From positions 806,001-870,000 of the forward strand of contig OZ025652.1 in the NCBI GenBank assembly GCA_964019335.1: a stretch of 64,000 nucleotides of DNA, in the 5' to 3' direction. Shown here piece by piece: positions 63,101-64,000 of the stretch. Position numbers and translations under genes: made by a program. How positions within the stretch are numbered: position 1 is the first letter of the stretch; each line of letters opens with the position of its first letter. A model generated the notes under the pieces. That model was given only the letters and a program-made list of their open reading frames with translations. It was not told the origin of the DNA and searched no databases. The DNA is from Diplonema japonicum. Lineage: Eukaryota > Protista > Euglenozoa: Diplonemea.

Positions 63101-64000
63101 CGCCTACTAAACAGCAAGGAAGAAGCACTAGAAGAAAGGGAACAAGAGGTGACGAACAGATGGAAAACCCTCATGAGGGAAATGGAAACACATGGTAAGA
63201 AAGAACGAGATACTACTGTGTCTCTGAAGCGAGAGGAGCGCCGTCTCACCGCTTTGAAAGACAACCTGCAGCGCAAGGAAGGCCAATTGCTGGGAAGCAG
63301 GCACAGCTTGCGCAGGACGCTTGGTAGTGTTGATAGTGTCGTCTCATCGCCGTCGACCGTCCCTGCACGGCTGCATTCTCCTCGGTCTTTCCCCCCTACT
63401 TCTGTCTCTCCTTCGCCAGATTGTGACTTCCCAGAAATTAGAAAAGCATACTCTGCGAGTTCATCGCCGTCACTGCGTGAGCCTTCCTCCGGGGAAATGA
63501 ACATTGTACTGCTTACACGATGCTGGGGGAGGTGGGTGGCTGCCATGCACGTCGGAAGACTTGGAGACATGTTCTTCAGGCACAAGCAGGACATGAAGTT
63601 ACGCTCCGCCTTCTGCAAATGGTCACTACGGAGCCTGCAGGTGGTTAACAAAAAAGATGCTTCCGTTCGGAGGAGCCAGATAAGGCACGCGCAACGTGAG
63701 ATCGAAAGACTCGGAGAGAAGGTGTTAGAGAGCAGCGTAGAAAAACGAGGTCTTCTGCACGGCAACCGAAAGGCAACTGCAAAACTGCAGAAGCTTTGTG
63801 ATGCACTACACAAGGGCAGCGTGAGATACCTGCTCGCAAGGTGGATGCTCAGGTGGCTCAGCAAAGTGACAATGGTGGGACTTGTTGAGTATAGCAAAAT
63901 GGAAGGGCGTCTCGAGGCTCTGGAGTTGATGCAGACACCGGACAAGGTTCACACGGGCCACCATGCCTTTGCAAAGCTGGGGATGGATGTTGCTGATCGG
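57173..64000 (+). CDS. 3'-partial giant coiled-coil protein (>2270 aa)
   Basis: The frame from ATG 57173 is the same E/K/R/Q/L-rich frame read at the window end. It is absent from the ORF track, consistent with no stop inside the window. Trp-containing repeats occur near the end. Confidence 0.85.
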   Translation, partial: MAQNKLKNGSIVKSLLGDMKVRDRDLTQIEKKLGDRDRVISRRQEELRSVLEVLKGSGDLKAAVEADGVLDEKLVELCEGKKRAANLEVLLESKTSTVVTKQMHLHEWETRLDSLGSEHSSLKTLLIEREESVRAREECLRKRIASVDQHELALTQREARLRERTAASEVREASCSQKESTLANREQVLTEESSTVEALKRKTTATKNEVERLSAEIKMRQASLAQAEDALNRKRIAHTAREQQNLSQEAINTAITKELAILKTDAEERERALREAEANVRRKDVSLAGAELKAEVVTKQKMTNDAAEAALKTREEHVSKMDRELKCREISVRDYEEMHNTRMRELHERLEDAKEKQNLLDQQLEDLNNEKQVTELSFQSIDVANATTEQQRDGLKQYEEELEKRKDDLEAKEQRLAELEKKNQDTLDRATRLEEATTSKDRHTRERERLCDDRERKLNQRECTVTKKLAEAESVLANVNASSSTSERGLFPHYDAEEARLKKRRELLSARESEVVERQKRNTDREWNLKQREGRLLKFFEDKVDMINIMLGDARNKQYRMDADYYQQGKRLIEKKEAFKKRLADCEARERHLQQREKNTTRGRSVLEAELTLLKEESLAKTTRLTKLEEESAATKLGVKELHSQQRLLRIEREEVGKLKDECSKEKKQLEYERSEWEVALANCNATLASKEEAVAQKEVELECKLEEVRETEHLLVNRKTTLDDFDRELQSKSRAIDEEAAVQAELIEEQQSVFKLKSKTLDEDEAELRLSKEEVATLEAQHGELHKRLKDITAKETNLKQQLMMLELDQADVADRKSRLIKDEAELQSREAEVSRRESAACFAASLEKRLEDEKQSLQQREAEYTLKEASIKQRKEILHSREVQLEHEQLLLHTQQQDTIHKTVILETRTESIQQQESTIQEKQKTFAAKEKELKAYSNRLDASSSDLSAREERLVADEKQNRAVLQAEEKALERKKQQLEEREKSQLELEMSLRERGQEVHEQEIKLNQENMISNSRREEVQHQENVMRTTKEGLDRQELLLNAKLEEITKKEEQMHSEQTALNALRKKFSSLKESTERELCEREDIASEKESQLKILDESLNTLKIQLGTLQDELRMKEKEFEKVTQYVEHTKVENQQERCALDEQMSLLRREQADIETFKTELEHRDHKVITLARELETAKYSLQAKEEAFRAYEEQHHLDAETVLSDQKEREACLQQRERDVTALEAKNQMLQETLSASETHISKMQATLTCSQAAFEKSLQEVAAKQQDVERKEQRMQESLAALDENEQRLIAVDKELKIARRVLEEAQASWKTTQVKLDSEHSARAQAMATMEDDLRVKLANVVKHEAELSSSNEVASKQQAKLESLIQTHETQRSELQQKELELAQLTMDLQMRERTVADEVRQKVKEQTDSLNARSSRLDAMEASLQQKDANLARTTSILETREAHHSADTEAFKMQQATLLTMQKELNDRGEELARREVALRGAEQKLIAVTKREEELRDTETHVTNIKHEIEKRAASIKQQQQDTDKAHREVMNQKEVLQSRTAQISKHRTELDEQQRAFKTNHDAFIREQKKMQHLEESLKERDAALTLSHEKLVRMQAELTAKEGSVRDALVQHEKKSREMETQKAACNEAHRVLNEKTELLTRESAAFRAEKEAASYDLHTLTALKLEIETRQEQLSDTESKAITVRAKEEELARHEKELSGALDTAKVEQQRVSELKYEYELRLKNVEQRDVELREKEHGIEAALQKAREKEAAADAKSVAASKLESRSMEQELELNEKESNLGALTSTLREEQDANVEAARRLRDEVRAFEEDVEKKMLLVEEKIQRADNDALKAEVLERKAQQMLLDAQAAESEAAEAALDLERRKNYLQQQNKEESERVHKLEVGLLQYEQTLHVREEQIRKEEEAQKRRESDARQTLAAKESTVRVLETDVRRGREETAKRNKQQNSRDHELEEKERLLNSKEEALEEREQEVTNRWKTLMREMETHGKKERDTTVSLKREERRLTALKDNLQRKEGQLLGSRHSLRRTLGSVDSVVSSPSTVPARLHSPRSFPPTSVSPSPDCDFPEIRKAYSASSSPSLREPSSGEMNIVLLTRCWGRWVAAMHVGRLGDMFFRHKQDMKLRSAFCKWSLRSLQVVNKKDASVRRSQIRHAQREIERLGEKVLESSVEKRGLLHGNRKATAKLQKLCDALHKGSVRYLLARWMLRWLSKVTMVGLVEYSKMEGRLEALELMQTPDKVHTGHHAFAKLGMDVADR

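Noticed and set aside
62827-63945. 372-aa minus-strand ORF (and other Ser/Leu/Phe-rich antisense ORFs in 57-64 kb)
   Set aside because: Antisense shadows of the E/K/R-rich coiled-coil gene on the + strand.

Overview
Eukaryotic nuclear DNA from a euglenozoan. It carries a paraflagellar rod PFR1 gene. Frequent GT-AG cis-introns argue against a trypanosomatid, so a diplonemid is the likely source (inference). About 25 protein-coding genes all lie on the + strand in a compact co-directional array, most preceded by polypyrimidine-AG trans-splice-type acceptors. About 18 very short (31-53 nt) introns and three long introns can be placed by hand. Recognisable genes include RPS4, ATG10, cathepsin L, PFR1, TOR, an SLC4 transporter, an iGluR-like channel and a STE11-like kinase. 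Highlights: (1) the 1.48 kb intron 2 of PFR1 hosts a mixed snoRNA cluster of box C/D guides and single-hairpin box-AGA pseudouridylation guides. Several predicted targets fall on known rRNA modification sites (yeast-equivalent SSU Gm1572, LSU Gm2395, LSU Psi2975). (2) A membrane-anchored protein has 13 tandem FixL-type PAS domains that all keep the heme-ligating His, show a block pattern of the distal Arg, and have no C-terminal output domain. (3) A hAT remnant abuts a foldback element, and the pair share one flanking direct repeat. There is also a piggyBac remnant inside an intron and a dispersed repeat family. All calls are by eye; no database searches were run.
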